Notes: generated from the letters alone by a model not told the origin. DNA of 64,000 bases from an uncultured Gemmatimonadales bacterium (GCA_963828735.1 CAWHFW010000003.1:205105-269104), one strand, 5' to 3'. Positions 42,658-54,869 are shown, counted from the stretch's first letter. Made by a program: numbers and translations.

Positions 42658-43248
42658 TCACTTCACCTCGATCTTATTCACGATATCCACGAATCCCCCC
42701 GGCCCGAGTTGGCTGTGGACCGCCACGAGCACGTGGAGCCGCGTGCCCGCCTGGTCTGTCACCTGGCCACGGATCCGGAACCCGGATGTCCCCTGGCCGA
42801 TGCCCCTGAAGAGGTTGGCGGAGCCGTCGGTGTAGGTCCCGGTTCCCTCGGCGACTGGCGAGCCGTCGCAGATATCCTCCGTGCCGGCCGGGAAGAGGAG
42901 CAGGGGAACCTTGCCCGCCGACTTGAACAGCGTCTGCGCCCCGCCGTGCGGCTGCTCGACGAAGTGAGTTTTCAAACCGCCCAGCTCCGGGTCGCCGCCG
43001 CTGCAGAATTCCACGACGTCGCTCGAGCTCAGGCCGATCGCGACGAAGTAGGGCGCGCCGGGCTTGGTGAAGGTGGAAAAGAACTGCGCGTCCGAGCGGC
43101 TGACCTGTGCCCCGGGGCCGGGCGGGCTGTGCTCGGTGCGGAAGGACGGGGCGGAGCCGGTCTCGGGCGCCACGGGCGAGCTATCAGAGCAGGCGGCAAC
43201 GGCCAGGCCGGCCGCCAGGAGGGTTGCGACGGGGCGTGCACGAAACAT
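42658..43248 (-). CDS. Hypothetical lipoprotein, copy 2 (intact)
   Basis: 196-aa ORF with GAGGAG RBS and lipobox. Confidence 0.75.
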   Translation of the reverse strand: MFRARPVATLLAAGLAVAACSDSSPVAPETGSAPSFRTEHSPPGPGAQVSRSDAQFFSTFTKPGAPYFVAIGLSSSDVVEFCSGGDPELGGLKTHFVEQPHGGAQTLFKSAGKVPLLLFPAGTEDICDGSPVAEGTGTYTDGSANLFRGIGQGTSGFRIRGQVTDQAGTRLHVLVAVHSQLGPGGFVDIVNKIEVK

Positions 43249-43430
43249 TGGAACTCCTCACCGGGGGGATGGAAGGGTGGTGCGGTGGCGCTTCCAGTAT
43301 GTTTTTTGGTCCGTCGCGGTGTCAATCGACCTTTCGTGCTACTCCACTTTCAGATGTCCAGGCCCGCTGCGACTCTGGCGCGCTAACCGCGCGCACCTTA
43401 CCCTGCGGCATCCCTCATCACGACGATACC

Positions 43431-44759
43431 ATGGCCACCATCCCCCAAATCATCCCGCCCGGCGTGATCACGCAGGAGTTCCACACTCCGCGTGCCGTCC
43501 GCCGCGGCGTCATCGCAGGTGTAGCTGGCAACGTGCTCGAGTGGTACGACTTCGCCCTCTTCGGCTTCTTCGCCAGGCAAATTGGCGCTCACTTCTTCCC
43601 GGCCCACAACCCCACCGCCTCGCTCCTCGCCGCCTTCGGCACCTTCGCGGCCGGCTTCATCATGCGGCCGGTGGGCGGGGCCTTGTTCGGCTGGGTAGGC
43701 GACAAGTTCGGACGTAAGCAGGCGCTGCTCTGGTCCGTGATGGCGATGGCGTTCCCCTCCTTCTTGATCGGCGTATTGCCGAGCACTGAGACGATCGGGA
43801 TCGCCGCGCCGATCCTCCTGCTCGGGTTCCGGCTGTTGCAGGGCCTCGCGGTCGGCGGCGAATACGGCGCCTCGACGGTGTTCCTGGTCGAGGGGTCGGA
43901 GCCGGGACGGCGCGGGTGGATGGGCAGCTGGGGGCCGGTCGGTGCGTTCGCGGGCACGCTGCTCGGCTCCGCGGCCGGCGCGATCGTGAATACGGTGATG
44001 ACACCCGACGCGGTGATGGCGTACGGCTGGCGCATCCCCTTCATCCTGGGCATCTGCGTGGGCCTGGGCGGGATCGCCATCCGGCGCTACTACATCGAGC
44101 GGGTACCCCACCAGGCTCCGTCCCGGTCGCCGCTGGCCGAGGCGCTCCACTCCCATTGGCTGACCACCTTGCACCTCGTGGCGCTGGTGGCCGGCCTGGC
44201 CGTCGGGTTCTACATGACGTTCGTGTACGCGGCGACCTGGCTCGCGCAGGTGGCCCAGGTGCCGGCGCGCACCGCGCTGGGGATCAACACACTCGCGATG
44301 GCGTTGTCGCTCGTTGCCTCGCTGGCGGCGGGCGCGCTGAGCGACCGAATTGGCCGGCGACCAGTGCTGGTTGCGTGGGGTGCCGCGATGGCGCTCCTGT
44401 CCTACCCGTTGATGTCGCTCATGACCCGAGGGGAGACAGGCAGCATCATCGTGGGGCAGGTGAGCCTCGCCCTGCTGGTCGCCGCCGGCAGCGGCGCCCT
44501 GCCTGCCACCATGGCCGAGCTGGCGCCGTGGCGGGTGCGTTGCACCGTGGTGTCGGTGGCGCACAACCTCGGGATGGCGCTGCTCGGCGGCACCACGCCG
44601 CTCATCGGGGCGTGGCTCCTCGCCCGGACGGGTAAGCCCCTCGCGCCGGCGGTGTACCTGTCCGCGGCGGGCGTGGTGAGCTTCGTGGCGGCGCTCCTGC
44701 TGCCCCGTACCGCGCGGCACCGGCTCACCCACGAGTTCGAGGCGGCGCGGCCGCGCTGA
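43431..44759 (+). CDS. MFS transporter (MHS/ProP-like), copy 2 (intact)
   Basis: Uninterrupted multi-TM ORF with EWYDF and GGEYG. Confidence 0.92.
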   Translation: MATIPQIIPPGVITQEFHTPRAVRRGVIAGVAGNVLEWYDFALFGFFARQIGAHFFPAHNPTASLLAAFGTFAAGFIMRPVGGALFGWVGDKFGRKQALLWSVMAMAFPSFLIGVLPSTETIGIAAPILLLGFRLLQGLAVGGEYGASTVFLVEGSEPGRRGWMGSWGPVGAFAGTLLGSAAGAIVNTVMTPDAVMAYGWRIPFILGICVGLGGIAIRRYYIERVPHQAPSRSPLAEALHSHWLTTLHLVALVAGLAVGFYMTFVYAATWLAQVAQVPARTALGINTLAMALSLVASLAAGALSDRIGRRPVLVAWGAAMALLSYPLMSLMTRGETGSIIVGQVSLALLVAAGSGALPATMAELAPWRVRCTVVSVAHNLGMALLGGTTPLIGAWLLARTGKPLAPAVYLSAAGVVSFVAALLLPRTARHRLTHEFEAARPR

Positions 44760-44839
44760 GGCTACGCGCGGTTGTGACGCGCCGTATTCGTCGTGCCGCC
44801 GCCACTACTGATATGGTGCGGCTCGGGGCTGCCGACAGG

Positions 44840-45373
44840 TCAGGGGTAAGTCTTGACGCCGACTCCGGCGGGTTTCGATCGGTTCGGTACCGAGAATCGC
44901 ACGTGAGCCCAGATGAAGTAGCCCGCGTCGTTCCACGACCGTATCTCGGTGATTGTCACTTGGCTTCGGGGCCGGAGCACGTCCTCGATTGTGTCGTAGC
45001 CAGGCTCGTAGAACCGGTTGCGACGCACGTTGACCTGAGCATTCGCGGAAACTGTCTTTCCTTCCAGACTCGCGGGCTTTGTTTGAGCCCCAAACGAGAA
45101 ATACCGTCTCGACCACGTGGTTGAGGCGCTATCGTACGCCCCTAGATAGACCCAGCCTTCCTTCAGCGTCGACGGAGGACTGTTCGCGCGTGGGGTCTGA
45201 GCTTGAACGGCTGCCCCACCTGCTTTCTGTGAATCCACATGAGCTTGAACCGTGTCGATTGCAGCGGCAAGTGTTCGTAGTCGTGCTCGAACGTCAGCCT
45301 CCTCCTTCCTCAATGAATCGACGCTCACTGATTTCAACACGATCGTGTCGTTCAACGCGGCGACTCTTGCCGA
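44840..45373 (-). pseudogene. 5'-truncated copy of the 26653-27317 gene, ending at a junction
   Basis: Identity to 26785 onward stops abruptly at 45373. Confidence 0.8.
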
Positions 45374-45997
45374 GTGGCCAACCGGCTGCCGGGTGCACTG
45401 AGCTCGGTGATGTTGTCGAACAAGTTGTTCTGGGCCTCCGGCGGGAGGTATATGAGCAGGCCCTCGGCGATCCACGCGGTCGGCTGGCCGGCGCCGAAAC
45501 CGCGCGGCAGCAACGCGGTCGGCCAGTCTTCACGCAGGTCGATGGCGATCGGGCGGCGCTCTGCGCTGGGTACCGCGCCCAGGTCGGTGAGCGTGCGGGT
45601 CTTGAACTCGATCACGTCCGGCTGGTCGACTTCGTAGACCGTTGCACGGCAGGCCAGGGCAGCCGGTAGGCGCGAGCATCCAGACCCGAGGCCAGGATGA
45701 CGAATCGCCGCACGCCTGCGGCGGGGGCCTCGGTGACCAATTTGTCGAACAAGCGGGTGCGCGCGGCCATGCCGTCGGCCAGCGTACGCGTTGTCGGGAA
45801 CCACGTCACCGGATTCACCGCGGACGTTGCGGATGAAGGTTTCCACGCCGACCGCCGCACCAGCGGTTCGGCGTACGGGTCGTTCACTCCCTCCGTGCCG
45901 GACCGGGTCGCCAGCGCCCGTTGCACGGCCACCATCGTCGCGGTCACGCCCACGCTCGAGGCCAGGTCCCAGGTGTCGTTGTCGAGTTTAGTGCCAT
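45374..45997 (-). CDS. TIGR00027-type SAM methyltransferase 3, frameshifted and 3'-truncated
   Basis: [58 protein letters not shown]. Confidence 0.85.
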
Positions 45998-46002
45998 GGT
46001 GT

Positions 46003-46902
<900 letters not shown>

Positions 46903-46906
<4 letters not shown>

Positions 46907-47868
46907 CGGTGCTCGCCGTTCTTGCCGGTGCCGGTCAAGGTGCCGCTGATGTATCTGAGGTCGGCGAATCCACCCATCTCGTCGTCGTCGATCGGCGGCA
47001 GACCGTGGGCGGCGAACAATTCCCTGACGCTGGCACCGCTGATCTGCCAGCCGTGCTCGGCGAGGTAGCCCCGCCGCTTCGTTGCGGTCACCGAAGTAGA
47101 CCAGTTCCGCGAGGTCGAGGTGGAAGCCATGGTCGCGCCACGTTCGGCGACGCCTTGCATGCGTTCCCTCATCCGCTCCTCGTCGGCCGGACCGGACATC
47201 GGCGCACTTTCGGTGGCGAAACGGCTGCCCGGTGCGCTGAGTGCGGTGATGGTGTCGAGCAGGCGGTCCTGGGCTTCCGGCGGGAGATAGCCGAGCAGGC
47301 CCTCGGCGCTCCACGCGGTCGGGCGGCTCGGGTCGAAGCGCGCCGCTGTCAGCGCCGTCGGCCAGTCGTGACGCAGGTCGATCGCCACGGCGCGCCGCTG
47401 GGCGGTGGGCTCGGCGCCGAGGTCGGCCAGTGTCCGGGTCTTGAACTCGATGACGTCGGGCTGGTCGATCTCGTAGACGGTCGTCCCCGCGGGCCATGGC
47501 AGCCGGTAGGCGCGTGAATCCAGCCCGGACGCCAGAATCACGGCCTGCCTGATCCCCGCGGCCGTTGCGTCGAGGAAGAACTCATCGAAGAACATGGTCC
47601 GGATCGCCATGTTGTCGGTCATGCGCTGCATGCCCATCCCAGCGTCGCCATCGAGGTCGTCGGCCGTCAACTCACCGCCAGCCAGCCGGGACAACAGGTC
47701 GACACCGACCGCGCGCACCAGTGGCAGCGCGAAAGGGTCCTTGATCAGTGGGTGCTTGGCCCTGCTTGCCATCGCGCGCGAAGCGGCCACCATCGTCGCC
47801 GTCGCTCCCACGCTGGAAGCCAGATCCCAGGTATCTCCCTCGTACCTGACTGAGTTCGTTCGCGCCAT
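46903..47868 (-). CDS. TIGR00027-type SAM methyltransferase 1, frameshifted near 47070-47140
   Basis: [42 protein letters not shown]. Confidence 0.9.
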
Positions 47869-47903
47869 CTGTACCCCTGTTCGACGTCGTGCTTTGCTCC
47901 ATT

Positions 47904-48068
47904 ATGGTGACCCAGGCGAGCGAGACGCCGGTGGCCAACGTGGTGGACCCCAACTACACGTTCCTGTCGAAGATCCGCAAGCGGTACCTGCCCGAGCGCA
48001 CGGTGTACGGCGGCGTGCACGCGCGCCTGCGCGACATGGGGCGGGCGTACCTGGCGGAGCGGGCGTAG
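47904..48068 (+). CDS. Probable 3' fragment of an unknown gene at a junction
   Basis: High-GC3 frame ...VVDPNYTFLSKIRKRYLPERTVYGGVHARLRDMGRAYLAERA*, converging on uvrD2. Confidence 0.4.
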   Translation: MVTQASETPVANVVDPNYTFLSKIRKRYLPERTVYGGVHARLRDMGRAYLAERA

Positions 48069-48099
48069 CCGCCGGCACCGATCTGGACCGCGGGCGGGA

Positions 48100-50093
48100 T
48101 CATGCGAGCCTCGCCAGCACGGTGAACACGTCGTCCGCATAGCGATCGAGCTTCGTGGGCCCGATCCCGGCGATCGACGAGAGCTCGGCGCGGGTTGTCG
48201 GTCGACGCCGGGCGATCTCCGTCAACGTCGTGTCGGGGAACACCACGTAGGCGGGGACGCCGTCCGAGTCGGCCCGCTCCCGTCGCCACCGCCGCAGGGC
48301 CTCGAAGGCCGGATCGCCCATGGCGGCCCGGTCCCCGCCCCTCGCCGAGCGCGCCCGCGGCACCGGCGACGCCGCGGCCTCCGTCCCGGTGATCTCGTGC
48401 ACGAACGGGCTTCGCGCCACTCTGGCCCCCCGCGAGCCGAGCACGTCGACCGGCCACGTCAGGAACAGGTACCGACGGGCGCGCGTGATCCCCACGTACA
48501 GGAGCCGGCGCTCCTCGTCCTCCGGCGCACGGTTCCGGCCCGAGCGGAACGGGAACTCCCCCTCGAGCAGTCGCGGAAGGAACACCGCGTCGAACTCCAG
48601 CCCCTTGGCCCGGTGGTACGTCATGAGGTTCACGCCCCGTCCGGACGCCTCGGCGGAGAACCGGCGGGCCAACTCGGCCACGAACGCCGCCACGTCCCCG
48701 TCCGGCACCGTCCGGGAGAACTCCGACGCCAGGGCCCGAAGCCGTGCCAGGTCCGCCTGACGGGTCACCTCCTCGGCCGAGTCGAACTCCGCCCCGTCCG
48801 TCGTGCGTGAACCCCAGCGCCGTGGTGACCGACTCGACGGCGGCATCCACCGGGCCCGACGCGCCCCGCAGTCGGTGCAGCGCCGCGCGCGGCCCCGGGC
48901 GGCGCAGGAACGCCCCGTCCTTCACCTGGTAGGGAACGCCCGCGGCCGCGAACGCCTCCTCGAACGGCTCCGACCGGGCGTTGATCCGGTACAGCACCGC
49001 CATCTCTTCGTAGGGGACGCCCTCGTCTCGGTGCAGCCGCCGGCTCGCCTCCACGACGGAGGCGACCTCCGCCGCTTCGCCGCCCACCGCCCTGATCACC
49101 GGCTCCGGACCCGAGGGCCGGGTGGCCCGGAGCGATTTTCGGAACCCCCCGAGGCGGTCCGCCAGCCGGTTCGCCGTGGCCAGCACCTCGGGGGTGGACC
49201 GGTAGTTCCGCTCCAGGGCGATGATCCGCGCGCGGGGGAACCGATCCCGGAACCCGAGGAGGTAGGCGGGAGAGGCGCCCGTGAACCCGTAGATGGTCTG
49301 GTAATCGTCGCCGACCACGCACACCTCGTCCCGGCCGCCGAGCCACCGCTCCAGCAGCGCCTGCTGCAGGGGGTTCACGTCCTGGTACTCGTCGACCGTG
49401 AACGCGCCGTATCGCGCACGGATCTCGGCCGCGGCGTCGGGGTGTTCGTCGAACGAGCCGCACCGCCAAGCCCAGCATGTCTTCGAAGTCGAGCCGTCGC
49501 GTGGCCGCCTTCCGTCGCTCGTAGCCCTCGTAGATCCGGAGCATCAGCTCGGCGGGGATGGGCGGCACGTGCCCCGTCGCTCCCACCTCGTCCAGGTACC
49601 GCGACGGCGGCACCATCCGGTTCTTCGCCCATTCGATCTCCGTGGCCAGGTCCCGCCGGGGCACGAAGCGGTGCGGAGGGGGAAGGGCGTTGGCCAACGA
49701 CGAGATCAATGGCCCCTTCGCGTCCAGCACGTCGCCCGGCGGAGCGCCGGTGTGCGCCGTCCACAGACGGGAGAGCTGGCCCAGCGCGGCGGCATGGAAC
49801 GTGCGGGCCTCGACGCCGTCCACGCCGAGCGCCCGGAGCCGTGCTTTCAATTCCCCGGCCGCCTTCTCGGTGAACGTCACGGCCAGGATCTGGGCCGGGC
49901 GGAACTCGCCGCGGGCGACCTGGCACGCGATCCGCCGGGTGATCGTGGTGGTCTTCCCAGTTCCCGCCCCGGCCAGGATGGCCACCGGGCCACGGGTGGC
50001 CAGGGCGGCCTCCCGCTGCGCCTCGTTCAGGCCATCGAGGACGCGTTCGAGGTCCGGGGCGGTCCGGGGATCCCTGTTCGGCGCATCGGGCAC
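48100..50093 (-). CDS. uvrD2: UvrD2-like ATP-dependent DNA helicase with HRDC domain; frameshifts near 49450 and 48810
   Basis: [59 protein letters not shown]...VPAYVVF. Confidence 0.9.
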
Positions 50094-50153
50094 CCCGGCA
50101 TTATCACCGGCCGCAGTTCTTCAATCCGAGGTGACCGAGGTGACGTCTATTCC

Positions 50154-50672
50154 CTACACGGCTCCGCGGGCAGTCCCGAGTACCTCGTCGAGCGGTCGCG
50201 GGACGTGATCGAGGTCGAGCGCCTGCACCAAGAGCGGCAGGTAGCGCTTGTACCGACTTGAAATGGACCGTAGCCAGCGGTCCAGCTGCGCATCGAGCAC
50301 CCGCCCGCGTTGGGCGGGCTGTTGCTGGAACTTCCGGAAGGTCCGCAAGTCCCCCGCGTCGGCGACCACCGTTTGGACGGCCTCGACACCGAGCGCCCGG
50401 ATGAGCTCCCCCTCGAGGTCGGGGGCACAGACGGAGACGTCCTGGAGCACACGCCGGAACAGGTAGGCCTCGTTCGCATCGCAGAGCCCACGGACGGCCG
50501 TACGCGGTGGCAGTTCCGAGACGAAGCGCGAGATCGCGTGAGCGCCTCCGATCGAGACGATCTCGATTCCCTCGGCCGCGAGCTCCCGGCCTCGGCGCCG
50601 GGCCAGGAGCTCGAGCACGACGCGGTCGCTGACGCCTTCCACGGCAATCACCACCGACGCCATCGATGTCAT
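50154..50672 (-). CDS. Stand-alone OLD-like TOPRIM domain protein
   Basis: VIAVEGVSD, IGGA, GLCDANE, DLEGELIRALG. Confidence 0.8.
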   Translation of the reverse strand: MTSMASVVIAVEGVSDRVVLELLARRRGRELAAEGIEIVSIGGAHAISRFVSELPPRTAVRGLCDANEAYLFRRVLQDVSVCAPDLEGELIRALGVEAVQTVVADAGDLRTFRKFQQQPAQRGRVLDAQLDRWLRSISSRYKRYLPLLVQALDLDHVPRPLDEVLGTARGAV

Positions 50673-50833
50673 GGCGCACAGCGTCGCACGTTGCGTGAGC
50701 GCCGCGAGGACGACTTCGTGGCCGACGTACATTCACGATTGCTGGTTCACGCAGGGCGATGTGCTGAAGGCAATCGTCGACGGCGACTCCGGGGTACGTC
50801 GCTACGCTGCCAGTGTTCGTCCGGGCGACCCGC

Positions 50834-51296
50834 TCAGGCGGCGAGCATGGCGTCCAGCTTGGTGAACGCCTCGAGCCAGCCCTCCTCGCTGGGGGACGCC
50901 AGATCCTCCGGGAGCCACTGGCGGATCTCGAGTCGCGTCCGTCCGTCGGCCTCGTCGTGGAACTCGTATCGGATCTTCGTCTCGAACGGCTCGAAGCCCG
51001 CAGGCAGCCGGCCGGTGACGTGCATGGTCGCCCTCGAGCAGCTCGCCGTCGACGACCTGCGAGAGGTCGAGGTGGATGCGGACCCGAACGCGAGGATCGG
51101 CAGCAGAGACCTCCGTCCATCGCTGGTGGCCGCCGGCGCGCACGTCGAAATCCATCTCGTCGCGGGGCAGGGAATTGCCGATCGGGCCCCACCACGCCGC
51201 CAGGTGGTCGGGGTCGGTGAACGCCTGGTAGACGAGCGAGCGCGGCGCGTCGAAGATGCGCGTAACGGCGAGCTGCGGGGTCGTCGTCGTGGTCAT
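50834..51296 (-). CDS. SRPBCC/AHSA1 domain protein; frameshift near 51030
   Basis: VTRIFDAPRSLVYQAFTDPDHLAAWWGP...GWLEAFTKL. Confidence 0.88.
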
Positions 51297-51299
51297 GGC

Positions 51300-51687
51300 C
51301 TACCTCCCTCTTGTCTCGGTCTGGGTCTGGGGCGTCGGCTGCTCTGAGGTGAGCCGAGCGAGGTGGTCGTCGAGCCGGCCCAAGCTCTCGGCCCAGCAGC
51401 CGCTCGTACCGCGAGAGCCACGTCGCCGCGTCGGCGAGCGGCGTCGGGGAGAGTCGCGCGCGCCGCCACCTGCCTTGCTGGCTTCGGGTGATGAGCGACG
51501 CGCGCTCGAGCACCTTGAGGTGGCGAGAGATCGCTGGCAGGCTGATGGAGAAGGGGGCCGCGAGCTCCGTGACCGTCGCCTCACCGACGGCGAGTCGCTC
51601 CACGATGCCCCGGCGGGTCGCGTCGGCGAGCGCACCGAAGAGCAGGTCGAGGTCCTCGCTCGTCCGTTCCCTCACCACACTTAACAC
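51300..51687 (-). CDS. ArsR/SmtB-family regulator; frameshift near 51400
   Basis: FGALADATRRGIVERL...TVTELAAPFSISLPAISRHLKVLE. Confidence 0.88.
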
Positions 51688-51696
51688 GATGGTTAA
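51681..51696. promoter_or_regulatory. Putative ArsR operator
   Basis: TTAAC-ACGATG-GTTAA palindrome overlapping the ArsR start. Confidence 0.55.
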
Positions 51697-51753
51697 CTAT
51701 AACGGCCAATCGGTCGTGTGGCAAACCCACGGTTTGGCCGACCGGGTACTCGG

Positions 51754-52452
51754 CTAGGCGCGCTCGGGGAAAGGCACCCGCGCCCGGAGCCCGTCGATCA
51801 GCAGGTCCAGGCCGAACTCGAACTGCTGCTCGACGTCGCACTCGATGAAGTAGGGAAGCGCCTCCCGCATCCGCGGGAGGTCCGCCGACTCGACCAGCCG
51901 GGCCATCTCCTGGTGGGCGCGAACGTGCATCTCGTCGTCGTGCCCGCCGAGCATCGGCCCGAGCTCCATGGTGACGAACCCCAGGATGTAGCCACCGAAC
52001 GCGTGGAACGCCATCACCGCGTCGGGCTCCGACAGCCCCGCCGTCCGGAACAGGTCCAGGGCGAACTCGTAGGCACGCAGCGAATCGGCGTTGGTGAACG
52101 GGCCCTTCCGCTCGGTCATCAGCGTGATCACCCGCGGATGGGCCAGCAGCAGTCGCCGGTACTCGCGGCCGGCCTCCCGGGCGGCCTCCCCCCAGTCCTC
52201 TTCGTCGGGGACCCGGAACTCCGCCAGGACCTCGTCGCAGATCGCCGCCAGGATGTCGTCCTTGTCGTCCACGTGGTTGTACAGCGACATGGCCTCCACG
52301 CCGAGGGCGCGCCCGATCCGCCGCATGGTCACGGCGTCGAGCCCCTCTTCGTCCATGATCTCGAGGGCGGCCCGAACGATCCGCTCGCGGGTCAGCGGGG
52401 CGCGGCGGGCTCGATCCGCTACCGTGGTCGTGGAAGTGTCGTCCTTCGGCAT
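51754..52452 (-). CDS. TetR-family regulator (TetR_C type)
   Basis: LTRERIVRAAL...VTMRRIGRALGVEAMSLYNHV...FEFGLDLLIDGL. Confidence 0.92.
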   Translation of the reverse strand: MPKDDTSTTTVADRARRAPLTRERIVRAALEIMDEEGLDAVTMRRIGRALGVEAMSLYNHVDDKDDILAAICDEVLAEFRVPDEEDWGEAAREAGREYRRLLLAHPRVITLMTERKGPFTNADSLRAYEFALDLFRTAGLSEPDAVMAFHAFGGYILGFVTMELGPMLGGHDDEMHVRAHQEMARLVESADLPRMREALPYFIECDVEQQFEFGLDLLIDGLRARVPFPERA

Positions 52453-52471
52453 GAAATTCACTTTCTGGGGG

Positions 52472-52523
52472 TTGACACGTACATCGTAAGCACTTAGCTT
52501 ACAGTGTCAACATATGCCGTAAG
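52472..52523. promoter_or_regulatory. Divergent tetR/mmpL promoter with repeated operator-like sites
   Basis: TTGACA at 52472; CGTACATCGTAAG, CTTACAGTGTCAA and CATATGCCGTAAG resemble a CTTAC-N3-GTAAG palindrome. Confidence 0.55.
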
Positions 52524-52577
52524 TTTTCTCCGTGAACGATGGTCCGCCGGGGTGCGGACCCGGAGGGGGGCAGTCGC

Positions 52578-54869
52578 ATGAAGCTCAATCCCGAGTCCGT
52601 AGCCCGAGCGAGCAGCCGGCACCCGTGGCGGACCCTGAGCATCTGGCTCGTGTTCATCGTGGCCATGGGCGTGGTGTCCGGCGCGCTCCTGTCCGGGGTC
52701 CTGAGCCAGGACATCTCCTTCACTAACCGGCCGGAGTCGGTACAGGCGCAGGACGTGCTGGATGCCAAGTTCGCCACGCAGGGAGGCAGCGGCGAGGGTT
52801 CCGCCGACAGCACGGAGTACGTGATCATCACGTCCGACTCCCTGACGGTCGACGATCCCGCGTACCAGGCGTTCGTCACGGGCGTGCAGGCGAAGCTCGC
52901 CAGCAGCCTCGCCAGCAACTTGGCGTCGCCGCCCGCCACGTACTACGACGTCGTGCAGCAAGCCCCGGATCAGGCGGCCGCGCTGGTGTCCCAAGATCGG
53001 AAGGCGACCCTCATCCCCGTCCCGCTGAAGGACGCCGGGACCACCTTTATCGAAGACCTCCGGGCCGCCGCCGCGAGCGCGCAGGCGAACGGATTCGAGG
53101 TGCAGGTCGCCGGCCAGGGTACGCTGGGCGCCGACTTCACCAAGGTCGCGGAGGAGGACCTCCGCAAGGGTGAGGGCATCGGCCTGGCCATCGCCCTCAT
53201 CGTGCTCATCGTGGTGTTCGCCTCGATCGTCGCCGCGGTCGTTCCCATCGTGATGGCGTTCTTCGCCATCGCCGTGGCGCTCGGACTGACCGCCCTCATC
53301 GGTCAGATCTGGGAGTTCAGCTTCTTCGTCACCAACATGATCACGATGATCGGGCTGGCGGTGGGCATCGACTACTCGCTGTTCATCGTGTCCCGGTACC
53401 GCGAGGAGCGGAAGAAGGGATTCGCGAAACTCGAGGCCATCGGCGCCTCGGGCGCCACCGCCAACCGGGCCGTGTTCTTCAGCGGCCTGACCGTGGTGCT
53501 GGCACTGGCCGGAATGTTCATCATCCCGACCACGATCTTCCGGGCGCTGGCCGGCGGGGCCATCCTGGTGACCCTGGCGGCCATCGCCGCGTCGATGACC
53601 CTGCTGCCGGCGATCCTGGCTCTGCTCGGCGACCGGGTGAACTGGCCGGCCCTGTCGAAGAGGGCCCGGATGGACTCGCCCGCCGACCCGAAGGGAGGCT
53701 TCTGGGATCGGGTGGCGAACGGCGTCATGGCCCGTCCGGTCGTGTTCCTGGTGGCCGGCGTCGTGGTCCTGGGGGCCCTGGGCTCCTTCTACTTCCAGCT
53801 CAACCGGGGCACCTCACAGAGCGTGAGCAGCCTGCCCGACAGCATCGAGTCCAAGCAGGCGTTCATCACGCTGCAGCGTGAGTTCGCCGGCGGCCAGACG
53901 GACCCGGTGCGCATCGTGATCACCGGCGACGTCCAGAGCCCCGAGGCCCAGGCGGCGATCGGCACGCTTCAGGAGGAGATCGCGGCCGACCCCGTGTTCG
54001 CCGCGCAGACGCAGGTGATCCCCAGCCCGGACGGCTCGGCCGTCCAGGTGGTCGCGGTGTACAAGGGTGACTCCGCGACCGACGCGGCGTTCCAGGGGAT
54101 CCGCGACATCCGCAGCACCATGGCGCCGACGGCATTCGACGGCGTGAACGGAGTCGACGTGCTGGTGGGCGGGAACACGGCCTTCTTCACGGACTTCCTG
54201 GACGTGGCGAACCAGTACCAGTGGATCGTGCTGGCGTTCGTCCTGCTGCTGTCGTTCATCCTGCTGACCGTGGTGTTCCGGTCGATCGTGGTGCCGGCCA
54301 CCGCCATCCTGATGAACCTGCTGTCGGTGGCGGCGGCGTACGGCGCGGTGACCCTGGTGTTCCAGAAGGGCGTGGGGATCGGGTTCTTCAACGCCATCGG
54401 CTTCCAGTTCGTGAGGGCCGAGGCGATCGAGGCCTGGCTCCCGCTGTTCCTGTTCTCGATCCTCTTCGGGTTGTCCATGGACTACCAGGTGTTCCTGCTG
54501 TCGCGGATCCGCGAGGAGTACGACAAGTCCCACGACAACACCGAGGCGGTCGCGTACGGCCTCCGGACCACGGCGGGGATCATCACCGGCGCCGCGCTGA
54601 TCATGGTGGCGGTGTTCACGGCGTTCGCCTCCGGGCGGCTGGGGCCGCTGCAGCAGATGGGGTTCGGCCTCGCGGTCGCGGTGTTCATGGACGCCACGAT
54701 CGTGCGGACCCTGCTGGTGCCGGCGACCATGCGCCTCCTGGGCGACCGCAACTGGTACCTGCCCCGCTGGCTGAACTGGCTTCCCCAGGTGCACGTGGAG
54801 GGACACGAGCCCACGCACGTGGTGCTCCCCGAGGCCGAGGAGCCGGTGCCGGTCCCCGTGGACGACTGA
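52578..54869 (+). CDS. MMPL/RND-family transporter
   Basis: GLAVGIDYSLFIVSRYREE and FGLSMDYQVFLLSRIREE. Confidence 0.94.
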   Translation: MKLNPESVARASSRHPWRTLSIWLVFIVAMGVVSGALLSGVLSQDISFTNRPESVQAQDVLDAKFATQGGSGEGSADSTEYVIITSDSLTVDDPAYQAFVTGVQAKLASSLASNLASPPATYYDVVQQAPDQAAALVSQDRKATLIPVPLKDAGTTFIEDLRAAAASAQANGFEVQVAGQGTLGADFTKVAEEDLRKGEGIGLAIALIVLIVVFASIVAAVVPIVMAFFAIAVALGLTALIGQIWEFSFFVTNMITMIGLAVGIDYSLFIVSRYREERKKGFAKLEAIGASGATANRAVFFSGLTVVLALAGMFIIPTTIFRALAGGAILVTLAAIAASMTLLPAILALLGDRVNWPALSKRARMDSPADPKGGFWDRVANGVMARPVVFLVAGVVVLGALGSFYFQLNRGTSQSVSSLPDSIESKQAFITLQREFAGGQTDPVRIVITGDVQSPEAQAAIGTLQEEIAADPVFAAQTQVIPSPDGSAVQVVAVYKGDSATDAAFQGIRDIRSTMAPTAFDGVNGVDVLVGGNTAFFTDFLDVANQYQWIVLAFVLLLSFILLTVVFRSIVVPATAILMNLLSVAAAYGAVTLVFQKGVGIGFFNAIGFQFVRAEAIEAWLPLFLFSILFGLSMDYQVFLLSRIREEYDKSHDNTEAVAYGLRTTAGIITGAALIMVAVFTAFASGRLGPLQQMGFGLAVAVFMDATIVRTLLVPATMRLLGDRNWYLPRWLNWLPQVHVEGHEPTHVVLPEAEEPVPVPVDD

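Larger units (their letters stand above)
26785..45373. repeat. Large fold-back inverted duplication: 26785-~32740 mirrors ~39420-45373; ~32740-34860 mirrors 34868-~37100
   Basis: Same genes in mirrored order; near-perfect ~200-bp palindrome centred at ~34864; left arm lacks the counterpart of ~37100-39420. Confidence 0.95.

Noticed and set aside
26785..45373. Composite transposon or invertible segment
   Set aside because: No transposase or recombinase; the arms hold ordinary genes and the symmetry centre cuts a gene.
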